From NCBI GenBank assembly GCA_964016885.1, contig OZ024747.1:90458001-90522000 (forward strand): a stretch of DNA of 64,000 bases, read 5' to 3'. The notes beneath the pieces are model-generated. The model ran no database searches and was not told where the DNA came from. It saw only the letters and a program-made list of their open reading frames with translations. This document shows positions 28,151-41,703 of this stretch, piece after piece (position 1 is the stretch's first letter; the number at the start of each line of letters is the position of its first letter). The position numbers were made by a program, and so were the translations under genes. The stretch comes from Eledone cirrhosa (lineage: Eukaryota).

Positions 28151-28390
28151 CAATGATTTTCAAATCATTTCGAAAACAATCAAGAATTTAGCTAACTTTC
28201 TCATTATTAAGTTGGTGTTATGAACATAAATTTTTAATATTTCTTACAATATTTAAAATTATGATGGAAGTTATTTATTTGGATAAATATAATCACCTTA
28301 AAATAAAGAGTTTTGTATATTATAGAACTGGGGGTTGATTCAGAGGATTCGATATCAAATGATTCAAGGTAAGAGGATTTAAAATGTTAA

Positions 28391-28866
28391 CCCTTTCATG
28401 ATTGCATTTCTAATTAAATACACTCTATTATAATTAATTATTTAATTAATTAAGAATTTTGAGAGATTTACTAAAATTATTAATTATTTCATTATTAAGA
28501 TTGTAACTTAATATAAGGTTTTTATATAAATTCATGTTGGAAGATTTTAATTTAAATTAGAAACTTTTAAAATGTGTGATTTTATTTCATAGAACCAGAG
28601 CTGGTTTTGGCTGGGTTGGTAACTAAAGGGTTAACTGTTTCATGACTACATTTCTAATGAAGTACACTCTATTTTAATTAATTAATCAACAAATTTGACG
28701 AATTTACTAAAAGTATAAATTATTTTATTACTAAGCTAGTAACTTAATGTAAGGTACTTATATAAAATTATGCTGGAAGATTTTAATTTAAATTGGAAAC
28801 CTTTTTAATGGGTGGTTCTATTTCATAGAACAAGAGCTGGTTTTGGCTGGAGTGGTAACTAAAGAG
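28391..28866. mobile_element. Two tandem piggyBac-type MITEs sharing a TTAA
   Basis: TTAA|CCCTTT...AAAGGG|TTAA (28391-28630), then a homologous copy at 28635-28866|TTAA. Confidence 0.75.
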
Positions 28867-29077
28867 TTAAATGTACTTTGTTCATAAATCGTAATAAACC
28901 CTTTTTGAATCTTGATAGCAACAGTAGACATTGTTTAGTAGGTTGGGTTCACATTTTATGGAAAATCATATGATTAACCATTTTTAAAAAAGCCCATCTG
29001 ATTGTTTCCTTCTGTTCTCATGAAACTTGAGTAATAAAGATAGAAAATTTCTAATTATAATGTTTTAATGAATGTAG

Positions 29078-29109
<32 letters not shown>

Positions 29110-31807
29110 TCTCACACACACACACGTGCACATATGCATGCACACACATATACACTCACACATCTGTGCTTGCACACACACACACACACACATGCACCCA
29201 CATGCATGCATACACAGAAATACACACACATGCATGCATACACACACACACACATATATATACAAATATAGCTATATATATATATATATATATATATAAA
29301 TACACTGGCATACACTTATACATATAATGTATGAATATTTATATATATATAATATAATATAATATAATATATTATAATGTGATATATATACATCATGTGC
29401 ATGGTAATGATGATGATGATGATATATCTGTGTGTGCGTCTATACGTGTGTGAGGGAGAGAAAGGGAGTAAGTGTGTATATAGGGGTGTGTGTGTTCATG
29501 CCAATTTGCTGAAATAGATTTTAAAACAATCATGAGGTGGAGGAAGAGGATGTACACACACGCACACATGTACACACACACACATACACACACGCACACA
29601 TGCACCCAGACACACACACACACACGCACACACACAGACATACACAGACATACACAGACACACACAGACATACACATAGTCATTCCCTTCAACCATTACT
29701 ATTTTAGTTTACAAACATAGCCTAAAACTTTCAACTTATTGATTTTTTCCAAATTAGTTTAGAAACTAAGAAACTAAGCTTTATCAAAAATTATGTCTAT
29801 GTAGAATGAAATACTGGCACTTTTCAAACCTCAGTATAAATCAGTTTTATAATTAATTTCAATGTAATTAATTTTTCCAACTCTGATGAAGCTAATCTAT
29901 TTTTAAAATAAGAATTTGGGGCTTTTTTTTTTTTTGTTTTCTTTCGTTTAGTTTTGGTTTTTGTTTTGTATTTTTTTTATCCTTTGTTTAAATTTACAAG
30001 AAAAGGAAAATAAATAAAATAAAAATTTCATTTAGAAAAAAAAATGTGTATCCGCTATATATGCTGAATAAATGTAAATAAATAAATTTAAAACATTAAT
30101 TTACATTTTTAGGTGGAATTTTCGTTTAGTATTTCAAATGGTTGTTGGTGGAAGGAGCAAGCTATTTTTCAAACAGCTAACTACTAAAATTAATGATAAA
30201 TATCTGTAAATGATGATGTTTAGAATTGGAAACCATTTCTTCTTTCTTTTATGCTGAATAGAATAAATAAATAAATAACAAAAAACAAACATAAAATGTC
30301 TAGAAAAATCAATTAGAGAACTGTAAACATTGAAATTCTCTCATGGTACTTCAACAACAACAACGACAACGACAACAACAACGACAATAGCAACATCAAA
30401 TCATAATATCAACAATAACTAAAACAACAATAACAGCTATTAAAAAGATTATTCATGAATGAAGATGATTTAATGTTTAAAATGAAATACGGTTTATGAA
30501 TTTTCATTTTCTTAAATATATTATTTTTAAAAGGAACCATTCTTGTAATGCATGCTAGACATTTTTCAACAAATATCATTAAATATTGACATTAATCAAT
30601 AATGATTAACCAATAGAAATATATCGCCCCTAGGAATAAAGCAAGTTCAAATGAATATATAATTCAAAATTATTTTGTAGAGTTTGAAAATCTTAACTAT
30701 GTTGTACTTTTGGTTTTAATTGAAACAACCAAACATCCTTTTGCCCCTGTTGTTAAATTCTCATTTTTAACTATTAAAATTCTAAGCTATCATACTGAGA
30801 ATAAAAACCTTAAAACATTTTACACCTGTGAAAGATTAGAAGATATTTTACAATGTCTAATTTAATTTAATAACATTTTTGTTGTTGTATTTGTATACAT
30901 TTCATGAATAAAATAAATTTTACTGGTAACTTATGGACAACCTGTAGTGCTTAAAGATGGCTAGAATAATTGGGTCCCACTGTTGGATATTTAGGGGATG
31001 GAAAAGACAATAGCATAATTTTGGAAAAAATGCTAGAATTTCAACAGATTTAATAAAATAACTAACTTTCTCATTATTTAGCTGGTGTTCTTATATAAAA
31101 TTATGAATAAAGGTTTTTTACATAAATGTAAACATTAAAACAAGCAACTTAGTATCATAGAACCAGCGGCTATTTTAGGTGCAAAGGGTATCAAAAGAAC
31201 AATAAAGAAATACAAAATTCTAATTATGTATTGAAGCAGTATGGTCAGTTGAATTTCAGTATATTACTGGTACTTATTTTATCTTGTTGGTGAGATTTGA
31301 CTTGAAAATATACATGCTTGAAACTAAATACTGCTACAATTTACCATTTCTGTCAACTGACTGATATCAGCAACACATTTGAAACATATTTTATTTTAAA
31401 CGTGTTTTAAACATTTTATTTTAAACAAAGTTTTCTTGAAGAATGAGTTGAAGCACGAGTGTATTAGAATTCTTATAATAATGAGAGAAACTCAACACAC
31501 GAAAAGCTGTTAAAACAGCAAAATGTTGTCAATGACGGCGTCAGGTAAAATTTACTTCAAAAGACAGAAATCAGTGGCTAGAGGTGTGTTGACCCTCAGA
31601 AGTGATAGAAATAGGGGAGCAGAGGAAGAAAAGGAATGAAACAAGATCAAACAAACATCATCTGACCTCTTAAGCTCTCATACCAGATGTAGTTTTGCAT
31701 GATTTAACTTGATTATTGAGTTTAACAATAATAGGTGTCCGCCAGGGCGCAGTTCTAAATCTCCTCATATTAGTTATAAGCCTCCAGGCTAAAGCATAGA
31801 TGTTTAA

Positions 31808-32001
31808 CCCTTTAACATTTACATTACTCTATATTTACTATTGTATTTTCACAGTAAGGACTTCAGCTCCCATATTATTAAATCTATGAGATTTTGATAT
31901 TATTTATTTTGAGAACAATACCTTAATGTCAGTACAAGTGGCTGGAATAGAAAGGGGTGAGAGAATTCTGGCTGGATACAGCTGGTTTAAATTCTAAAGG
32001 G
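31808..32001. mobile_element. piggyBac-type MITE
   Basis: TTAA|CCCTTTAACATTTA...TAAATTCTAAAGGG|TTAA. Confidence 0.75.
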
Positions 32002-32636
32002 TTAAGACTGATTATCTAATGGAATTCTAAAATGTTTTATTTTTCTGACTTTCTCTAAAACATTTTTGTATAAATATTGTTACCAAACCAGATCATTACA
32101 ATAACTAGCAGAAAAACCACTCTTCGGGTGGTTTTCTGTTAGCATGTGTAGTGTGTATATTGATATTATACACAATATAAACCTTATGATATAACGATGC
32201 AAATATATGAACGTTTACATAAGTGTTATAATATAGCATCCGTTATATCATAGCCGGAAGTATTGTCATTTGAAAATATTAAAACAAGTGAATCTTAAAA
32301 TAAGCAATCATTATATATAAGAATATTTATGTTTAATCAACAGCTACGAAATTTAGTACATAAATTATGTAATATTCATTCATTATTCAAAGTAATCTGA
32401 CTTATTTTACTGACGAGATAAAACGGATATATTCAGGACATATTCCAACACTCCTCCCTTTATTGTATTATGATATCAAAACGATACTTACATTTTGAAT
32501 AGTTTATTTTAAGAGTTCCAGTAAAGTAAATAATATGAATCTTTGAACTACGAATTCATAAAATTCAGAAATATCATAGGATAAATCTACAAATGGGACA
32601 CAAACAAAACAAGAGAAAAAAAATAGAAATTTGAAC

Positions 32637-33616
32637 TGACTGATATATAAACTGAAATAACTGATATATAACTGTAATAACTGATGTATAACTGTAATAA
32701 TTGATATATAACCGTAATAACTGATATATAAACTGAAATAACTGATATATAACTGTAATAACTGATATATAAACTATAATAACTGATATATAAACTATAA
32801 TAACTGATATATAAACTATAATAACTGATATATAAACTGTAATGACTGATATATAAACTGTAATGACTGATATATAACTGTAATGAGTGATATATAAACT
32901 ATAATAACTGATATATAAACTGTAATGACTGATATATAACTGTAATGACTGATATATAAACTGAAATAACTGATATATAACTGTAATAACTGATATATAA
33001 ACTGTAATGACTGATATATAACTGTAATGACTGATATATAAACTGAAATAACTGATATATAAACTGTAATAACTCATATATAACTGTAATGACTGATATA
33101 TAACTCTAATGACTGATATATAACTGTAATGACTGATGTATAACTGTAATAATTGATATATAAACTGTAATAACTGATATATAACTGTAATGACTGATAT
33201 ATAAACTGTAATGACTGATATATAAACTTTAATAACTGATATATAACTGTAATGACTGATTTATAACTGTAATAACTGATATATAACTGTAATGACTGAT
33301 ATATAAACTTTAATAACTGATATATAAACTGTAATAACTCATATATAACTGTAATAACTGATATATAAACTGTAATAACTGATATATAAACTGTAATAAC
33401 TGATATATAACTGTAATGACTGATATATAACTGTAATAACTGATATATAACTGTAATAACTGATATATAACTGTAATGACTGATATATAAACTGTAATGA
33501 CTGATATATAAACTTTAATAACTGATATATAACTGTAATGACTGATATATAATTGTAATAACTGATATATAACTGTAATGACTGATATATAACTGTAATA
33601 ACTGATATATAAACTG
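32637..33616. repeat. 20/21-bp minisatellite
   Basis: Unit ACTGATATATA(A)ACTGTAAT(G/A). Confidence 0.97.
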
Positions 33617-34880
33617 AATCACTAGAAAAACATGTCAATATATAAACAATAACAGTGTGAAGTCAAATGCAGAATCTTTTTTAAATGTAATTAAAAAATG
33701 ACAGATAAATTTAAAAAAAACTGTTTAAAATATAAATTAAAAAATTATTTGATCTTTCATTGTAGTTAACAGCATCTTATATTCACTGTTAAAAGAATAA
33801 TTAATTTTTGGAAAGTATGAACTATGTTCGCAAGAATAAGCTATATAATTTACTATAAAGAAATAAGAAAATATCATCAACTATTCTTCTGGTATTTTAC
33901 TGTTGGTTACAAATATTAAATGATTTAGTTCAGCTCTAATATTTTCCTTCAAGAGTAATATTGTAAAGTTAACATACTACAGACAAAGCTAAGAAATTAA
34001 ATTGAAGCGAACAATATAAATATAATTACGTCTTTTGAAGCAAAGATTTTCCTGTAATATATAACAACTAGAAACATAGTACTAATCATAAAGCTTTTTG
34101 AAGATTAATATATATGACCAAGAAAGTTTCACAGCTATTGATGGCACAAACGATAATGAAGGACTTCTTTCTAGAATGAGGATGTTTTCATTTTATTTCC
34201 AATTTATGGTTATTAATTTATTGGTAATCCCTTCTGAATTTCATTCCTTTGTAAGAGTATCTTCAAAGTCTCAAGACTGAAGAAAGAATTCTAAAGTAAC
34301 TTATGGATGTCCCCACTAGATGTGAATAATCTGTGTACTAATACAAAATAGCACAAAGAAGTACCAAATTAATATAAAGAAAATTGCTTTCATTTATCTT
34401 ATGATACAGCATAAGTATTTCAAGTATAGATTGAACCATTAACCTAAGAGATATCAGTAAATGATAAGTTACATTTATTCTCAACCAGATTCTGGTATTT
34501 TCTTTTGAAGTAATGAAAAGCGAACTAAATGAAACATTAGATCACACACCTAGTCTTAAAGTCATACACTGCAACTATTATTTCTCTCCCTTTTTTTTTA
34601 ATTTTCAACTAAAAATCTTCACTTTTCTTTTCATTATTCTCAACATCTCCATTATCAAAACTGATAAGAACGTGTACCAATTTCTATTTGTTTATTCATT
34701 CTTTCTTTCTTCCTTTCTTTCTTTTTTTTATTTATTTATTTATTTAATTTGGAATTTTCATACAATACAAATAAATCACATCTAATTTAATTGATTAAGA
34801 GAGAAGCAGTTATTTCTAATGTTGCTATACATGTAAGTATATCATATAATATATATATATATCTATATATCTATATATAT

Positions 34881-36813
34881 ATCATCATCATCATCATCAT
34901 CATCATCACCGTTTTACGTCCGTTCTTCCACGCTAGCATGGGTTAGACGGGTTGTCCTGTTGTGGGCAGTGTCTGGTCGGCTGACCATGCCTTGCTCATA
35001 CAGGAACTGATCTGGCTTGATTTCTACAGCTGGATGCCCTTCCTAACACCAACCTCATTTACAGTGAGTGCTGGGTGCTTTTTCGTGGCGCCTACACGTC
35101 CACTTTACAGTGTGGGCTGGGTGCTTTTTTGCCGTGGCACCTCCACGACCACCTTGCGGTGGGGGGGGGGGGCATATTGTTTATATGCTTCAGCATGTAC
35201 CCATGGGAGGTCGGGTACCCTGTATTACTGCGTGACGCCAGAAGTCACGGTCGTGTGTCATTGACTTTGAGAGGTGTAGTTGGGTAAGGTCGGCTTTTAT
35301 CACCTCATCCCAAGTCATCTTGGGTCTCCCCACTCCGCGGTTTCCATCAACTTCTAGTGCTCTGCACCTTTTTATGCAGCTGTCATCCTTCATACGCATC
35401 ACATGTCCATACCAGCGTAACCGCCTCTCCTGCACGCAGCATTTGATTCCTCTTATGCTCAGTCTCTCTCTCAATTCATTTATGCTTTGTCGTTCACGTA
35501 TATTACTGTTACACATCCATCGGAGCATGCAGGCTTCGTTTCTCTCTAATCTACGTAAGTCTTCCACCTTCAGCGCCCAGGTCTCACTACCATGCAACAT
35601 CGCTGTTCGGATACACGCATCATACAGTCTGCCTTTCATTCTGAGGGAGAAGCCTTTTGCAGCTAGCAGTGGTAGTAGTTCCCTAAACTTCTTCCATCCC
35701 GTTCTTACCCTAGTTATTGTACTTTCTGAGCACCCACCTCCGTTGCTAATTCGGTCACCTAGGTAGCAGAAGCTGTCTACTGTTTCTACAGGGCCCTCCC
35801 AGAGATTGGTGGTACTTGTTTCCTGTGGCTGTTTGCTTGCTGTTTCAGCACAGCTGCTGCATGTGAATCCTACATTCTTAATTAAGCTTCCTGAGATCCC
35901 GCTACATCTCTTGTGTACCCATTGTTTGCATTTGGGGCAAAGAATGGAGTTCCTACCTACACCTTTCCTACATACTGAGCAAGGCCATTTCCCTGAGGGG
36001 ATCTGGGTTCTGTTTTCTCGTCTACTTATAAGGACCTTAGTCTTTGTCATGTTGACTTTGAGGCCCTTTCTCTCTAGTCCCTGCTTCCAGGTTTGGAATT
36101 TATTCTCTAGTTCTACCATAGATTCAGCTATGAGTGCGAGGTCATCAGCATACAGGAGTTCCCATGGGCATCCGGTCTTAAACTCCTCCGTTATTGCCTG
36201 CAGGACTATGATGAACAGGAGAGGGCTAAGAACAGAGCCCTGGTGGACCCCAACCTGTACGCTAAATTCCTCGCTATACTCATTGCCAATCCTAACTTTG
36301 CTGACTGCTCCCCTATACATGGCTTGTACCGCTTTCACAAGCCATTCATCTACTCCTAGTTTTCTAAGAGCCCACCAGATTACTGCACGTGGAACTCTGT
36401 CAAAGGCTTTCTCAAGGTCGACAAATGCCAAGTAGAGTGGCTTACTTTTAGCTAGGTACTTTTCCTGTAATTGCCTCACAAGGAAGAGCGCATCAGTGGT
36501 GCCTTTCCCTGGAACAAACCCAAATTGCATCTCGTCTATATTCACCCGGTCCCTAATCAGCTGTGCTATAACTCTTTCTGTTACTTTCATGACCTGGTCC
36601 ATCAACTTTATACCTCTATAGTTTCCTCTATCTAGTGCATCGCCTTTACCTTTGTAGCAGTTGACAATGATGCTACTGCACCAATCTTTTGGTATGGCCC
36701 CCTCTAGTATTACCTGGTTAACGATACGTGTGGTTATAGTGTGACCTACAGACCCAGATGCCTTCAGCATCTCGGCAGCTATACCCGATGGACCGGTTGC
36801 CTTCCCTATCTTC
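34881..36813 (-). mobile_element. 5'-truncated RTE-clade LINE (family A), young
   Basis: Intact RT frame, 3' UTR and (ATG)n tail; inserted in (TA)n. Confidence 0.95.
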
Positions 36814-36815
36814 AT
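35190..36815 (-). pseudogene. RTE reverse transcriptase (truncated ORF) with an embedded Cys/His finger
   Basis: NYRGIKL, QFGF, FVDLEKAFD, GVHQGSVLSPLLF, YADD, CSVC...CPKC..WVHKRC...CSSC, RLRWYGHV, GRPKMTW. Confidence 0.93.
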
Positions 36816-36887
36816 ATATATATATATATACGTATATGTATCTAAATCTATCTATCAATCTAACTTACTATCTCTCACACTCTCTCA

Positions 36888-36922
<35 letters not shown>

Positions 36923-37054
36923 CATATATACACATACACACATACACACACACACACACACACTTATATATATATATATATTTATTAAAATAACAGATTA
37001 AAGTTTAAGCAAAGAATCTTCTGAAGATCCTGTTATGGGTGAATGCAACCCTTT

Positions 37055-37162
37055 CTAGCAGGTTAGTAGCTCTGATTAACTAACTTTGTCTATGACAGCT
37101 AACCCATGCCAGCATTATTTTGATGTATATACGTATATATATACATACATAATATAACACAC

Positions 37163-37246
<84 letters not shown>

Positions 37247-37650
37247 CAAAGAGGCTGTGGTAAGATACCAGGTGGACCATATTGCACCATGGTAAAGTAG
37301 GTGTCAGCTAAAAGCACTCAGTACTCACTGTAAATGTAGCTGGTATTAGGAAAGACATCCAGTTGTAGAAACCAAGCCAAAATCAGTTCTGTATGAGCAA
37401 GATGGGATCATCTGATCTGGCCTATTTTACAACAGGACAACTCGTGTAACCCATGGTAACATGAAAAAATGGACGTTAAACAGTAATGAGGATAATGATG
37501 ATGATAATGGTGATATATATATATATATACATACATAATATAACACACATCATCATCATCATTTTATGTCTGCTCTTCCCTGCTTGCAAGGGTTGGACGA
37601 TACACATATATATATATGTAAAGTTTGTATATATATATATATATATATGT
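37055..37650. repeat. Left arm of an inverted duplication (partner 40178-41008)
   Basis: Composite of unique sequence, microsatellites and RTE/SINE 3' ends, repeated in inverted orientation. Confidence 0.9.
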
Positions 37651-37709
37651 GTATGTATGTAAAGTTTGTTTATATATATATATATATATAGATAGATAGA
37701 GAGAGAGAG

Positions 37710-38301
37710 AATTAAGGTGTTTGCTCCAACATTGTTGTAAACATGCATGTATGTATAGTTTGTATATTGAATAATATATATGTAAGTAAGTGCTGGCACA
37801 CTTACCACGTTCCAGCAGAAGCAAGAGAGAAGTCATCGACAGCTGTTTCTGGCTTGTTTGGCTGTTGTCAAGGTAACGTGTCCCTCTACCTCGCCTTCAT
37901 ACTGGATCTCAAATAAGTCACAAACATATAGTTTCAATACTTATGGTATTGGTTGATTAGCTTCATTTGCATACAGAGCTGTAGGCTGGCTCAGCCTGAA
38001 CAAGAAATAGAAATAAGGTGTTCATTAAGGGATGTTTTACCTTGAAATGGTGACTCAAGCCAGCAACAGCTGTTGGTGACTTATGTATTGCTTCTGCTAG
38101 ATCTTGGGAGGTGGCGCTAGTCACCACCTTTAAAATCTATAACTAAAGGGCTATCAAATGTTTATTTGTAAACATATCATATATTATTCAATATATAAAC
38201 TTTACATACATGTATATATACAACAAATTTCCAGCACAGTTTGAGACAGTTGGAGAGATTGTTGTCATATTTACAACTATGTTGAAGCAAATACCTTAAT
38301 T
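37710..38301. mobile_element. Degenerate fold-back/MITE with long imperfect TIRs
   Basis: AATTAAGGTGTTTGCTCCAACATTGTTGTAAACATG versus its inverse ending at 38301, plus inner inverted blocks (37812-37856 / 38056-38100). Flanks are (GA)n and (TC)n. Confidence 0.65.
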
Positions 38302-38354
<53 letters not shown>

Positions 38355-38374
38355 AATATATATATATATATATA

Positions 38375-38551
38375 GTAATAATAATAAATTTGAAGACTAA
38401 AATCCAAAGAGGGCTCGATAAGGATAAATATATATCAAATATATAAGAACCGTAGAGCAAATATTTATTAAAATAACAGATTAAGGTTTAAGTAAAGAAT
38501 CGCTGCTTTCACCCTTAACGGGATCTTCAGAAGATCCCGTTAAGGGTGAAA
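38375..38551 (-). mobile_element. PLE-type terminal fragment with a 22-bp fold-back
   Basis: Family pieces at 16240-16295, 16690-16780, 36985-37050 and 58540-58605. Perfect palindrome 38507-38551. Confidence 0.6.
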
Positions 38552-38555
38552 TTAA

Positions 38556-40176
38556 AGTTGAAATTTATGCTGGGTCGTTCACGCACATTTATACTGCACA
38601 TCCAACGGAGCATGCTTGCTTCATTTCTCTCCAGCCGTCGCATATCCTCTGCAGTTGCTGCCCATGTCTCACTACCATGCAGCATCGCGCTCCTCACACA
38701 GGCATCATACAACCGGCCTTTCGTACGCAGGGAGAAACCCTTTTTCCTCAACAGAGGAAGCAGCTCCCTAAACTTCTTCCAACCCGTCCTTATTCTAGAT
38801 ACTATGGCCTTGGAACACCCTCCTCCCATGCTAATCTGATCTCCTAGGTACCGGAAGCTATCCACCACTTCTATAGCGCCCTCCAGCATTTAAAAAATGT
38901 GTCTATCAATGCGACTTCTACTGTCTAATTTCCCTGTACATCTACTGCATACATATTTCTCCCTACCTGTTAGTTTGCCTGCTATCCCGCTACATCTCTT
39001 GTGTACCCAGGATCTGCATTGTGTGCATTTTATAGAATTTATGCCAGTTCCTTTTCTGCATATCGAACATGGCCATTTCCCTGATGGAATCAGGGTTTTG
39101 TCCTCTTTTCTACTCATCAACACTTTTGTCTTAGCTAGGTTCACCCTCAGTCTTTTTGCTTCCAACTGCTGTTTCCATAGCCAGAATTTATTCTCTAGCT
39201 CCTCTACTGATTCTGCTATAAGAACCAGATCGTCAGCATAGAGAAGTTCCCATGGACAGCCAGTCTTAAACTCCTCTGTTATGGCTTGGAGGACTATAAT
39301 GAACAAGAGCGGGCTGAGGACCGAACCCAGATGTACTCCTACTTGTATCTGGAATTCCTCACTAAACGCCATTCCTACCCTGACTTTACTGAGAGTACCT
39401 CTGTAAAAAGTTTGCACTGTCCTCACAAGCCATTCCTCAACATCTAGCTTCCTTAGGGACCACCAGATGACAGATTGGGGTACCCTATCAAAGGCCTTCT
39501 CTAGGTCAACAAAGGCTAAGTATAGTGGCTTATTTTTCTCTAAGAACCTCTCTTGCAATTGTCTCACCAAGAAGAGGGCATCTGTTGTACTCTTCCCAGG
39601 CACAAAACCAAACTGCATCTCATCTAGTTTGACCCTTTCTCTAATTAGTTGTGCTAATATCCTTTCAGCCACTTTCATAACCTGATCTATCAGTTTTATA
39701 CCCTTATAATTGCTCCTATCCAGAGCATCCCCTTTACCTTTGTAGCAATTTATGAGAATACTGCTGCACCAGTCTTTGGGTATGACACCACCATATATAG
39801 CCTGGTTGATGATGCGTGCAACCAGTTTAGTGCCTACGTCCCATTATGCCTTCAGCATCTCAGCAACTATTCCCGATGGTCCAGCAGCCTTACCATTTTT
39901 CATTTCCCTAATCGCCTCTTGGACCCTATATTCGTCAATCTCAATAGCTGGTCCCTCTGTCGGATCTACTAAGAGTAATTTCTCTCTCTCCCATTCGTTC
40001 TCCACATTCATCAGTCTCTCATAATGACATTTCCAGGCCTCCTTTTTCTGATTATTTGTGACACTAAGTACACCGGCATCATCCCGGACACATTTATCTC
40101 CAACAACATCCTGATTTGCATTGACACACTGCCTTGCAATGTGGAACACCGCACGCCTCTGATCTTCCCGGCGCAG
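38556..40176 (-). pseudogene. Diverged RTE LINE RT, truncated at both ends, frameshifted
   Basis: ORF pieces 39844-40200, 38890-39678 and 38527-38889 are homologous to 35190-36815. Confidence 0.9.
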
Positions 40177-40177
40177 A

Positions 40178-40804
40178 AATATATATATATATATATACAA
40201 ACTTTACATATATATATATGTGTATCGTCCAACCCTTGCAAGCAGGGAAGAGCGGACATAAAATGATGATGATGATGTGTGTTATATTATGTATGTATAT
40301 ATATATATATATATTGTTATACTTTGGTAGGGTCATGTTGCCAATAAGAAACACACGTACCAGTTGCTTTCACTTCAATTTATTATAATAAATTGAAGTG
40401 AAAGCAACTGGTGCATGTGTTTCTTATTGGCAACATGACCCGACCAAAGTATAAAAATATTGGTTTCAACACACGTTTTCAGATAAAGAATCTTGCTAAA
40501 CCAATTCAGAAACGAAATATATATATATATATATATATCACCATTATTATCATCATTATCCTCATTAATGTTTAACGTCCATTTTTTCATGTTACCATGG
40601 GTTACACGAGTTGTCCTGTTGTAAAATAGGCCAGATCAGATGATCACATCTTGCTCATACAGAACTGATTTTGGCTTGGTTTCTACAACTGGAGGTCTTT
40701 CCTAATACCAGCTACATTTACAGTGAGTACTGAGTGCATTTAGCTGACACCTACTTTACCATGGTGCAATATGGTCCACCTGGTATCTTACCACAGCCTC
40801 TTTG

Positions 40805-40892
<88 letters not shown>

Positions 40893-41008
40893 GTGTGTGT
40901 GTGTTATATTATGTATGTATATATATATATATATATACATCAAAATAATGGTGGCATGGGTTAGCTGTCATAGACAAAGTTAGTTAATCAGAGCTACTGA
41001 CCTGCTAG
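40178..41008. repeat. Right arm of the inverted duplication, with a later insertion
   Basis: Inverse of 37055-37650, interrupted by the 40314-40516 palindromic fragment. Confidence 0.9.
40314..40516. mobile_element. Fold-back terminal fragment, palindrome centred near 40385
   Basis: About 70-bp arms around TTATTATAATAA; same family as 2769-2856. Confidence 0.8.
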
Positions 41009-41703
41009 CTAATAAACTTGAAACTAGTACAGCGTTCCTTTGTCAGTGTTGAACAAACGAGCAACGATGGTTGCTAGACACTACGGCTTAATACGGGATG
41101 TTTGTTTACAAACACACCGAGCATTATAATAAATGTTCGGTGAATCCACACGTACATATATATATGTGTGCATGTATGCATATATATATACATACTACTG
41201 TACGTCTGTATACATATATGTATGTACGTGTACATACTTATATTTAAGTAACAGCCGTACTAAGAGTGGGAAATGAAATTTTGTTTCATTTTTTCCGTTT
41301 ATCGTTTTCGGTGCGCACGGCCGATTAACCCACTCGATATGAAAATTGGGCTACTCCACCGTTAATATGCATAAGGTAAATATATACGTTCAACAATCTG
41401 GCAGGAAGGTATACGTTGCTGACGATAGCTAATAAGCTTGAAACTAGTACAGCGTTCCTTTTTCAGTGTTGAACAAATGAGCAACGATTGTTGCTAGACA
41501 CTACGGCTTAATACGGGATGTTTGTTTACAAGCACACCGAGCATTATAATAAATGTTCGGTGAATCCATACGTACATATATGTATATGTATACATACTAC
41601 TGTACGTCTGTATACATATATGTATGTACGTGTACATGCTTATATTTAAGTAACAGCCGTACTAAGAGTGGGAAATGAAATTTTGTTTCATTTTTTCCGT
41701 TTA
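41006..41703 (+). mobile_element. Partial tandem of a ~400-bp hammerhead-containing unit (pLTR/retrozyme-like)
   Basis: 41006-41301 is repeated at 41426-41703; ends in (TA)n. Confidence 0.85.
41413..41455 (+). ncRNA. Minimal hammerhead motif
   Basis: ACGTTG-CTGACGA-T-AGCT(AATA)AGCT-T-GAAA-CTAG-TA-CAGCGT, with palindromic ACTAGT and a GUA site. Confidence 0.8.

Noticed and set aside
29883-29920. Isolated CTGATGA (also 3901 and CTGACGA at 32410)
   Set aside because: No stem II/GAAA/stem I context.
31736-31755. CTCF-like CCGCCAGGGCGC (also CCACTAGATG near 34313)
   Set aside because: Incomplete match to the consensus; expected by chance.
35320-36435. Plus-strand ORFs of 148 and 209 aa (also 59288-60403)
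   Set aside because: Antisense shadows of the RTE RT frame.
38495-38535. Hammerhead-like CTGAAGA-TCCCGTTAAGGGT-GAAA-GCAGC on the minus strand (relatives at 37021 and 58570)
   Set aside because: No UH cleavage site after stem III, and the 5' stem I is lost at the fold-back. It may be a degenerate ribozyme but I cannot support it.
37055-41008. ADAR-type editing in other inverted repeats (also 37710-38301, 53281-53716, 7897-11523)
   Set aside because: The differences are few or of mixed type, with no strand-coherent A>G clustering.
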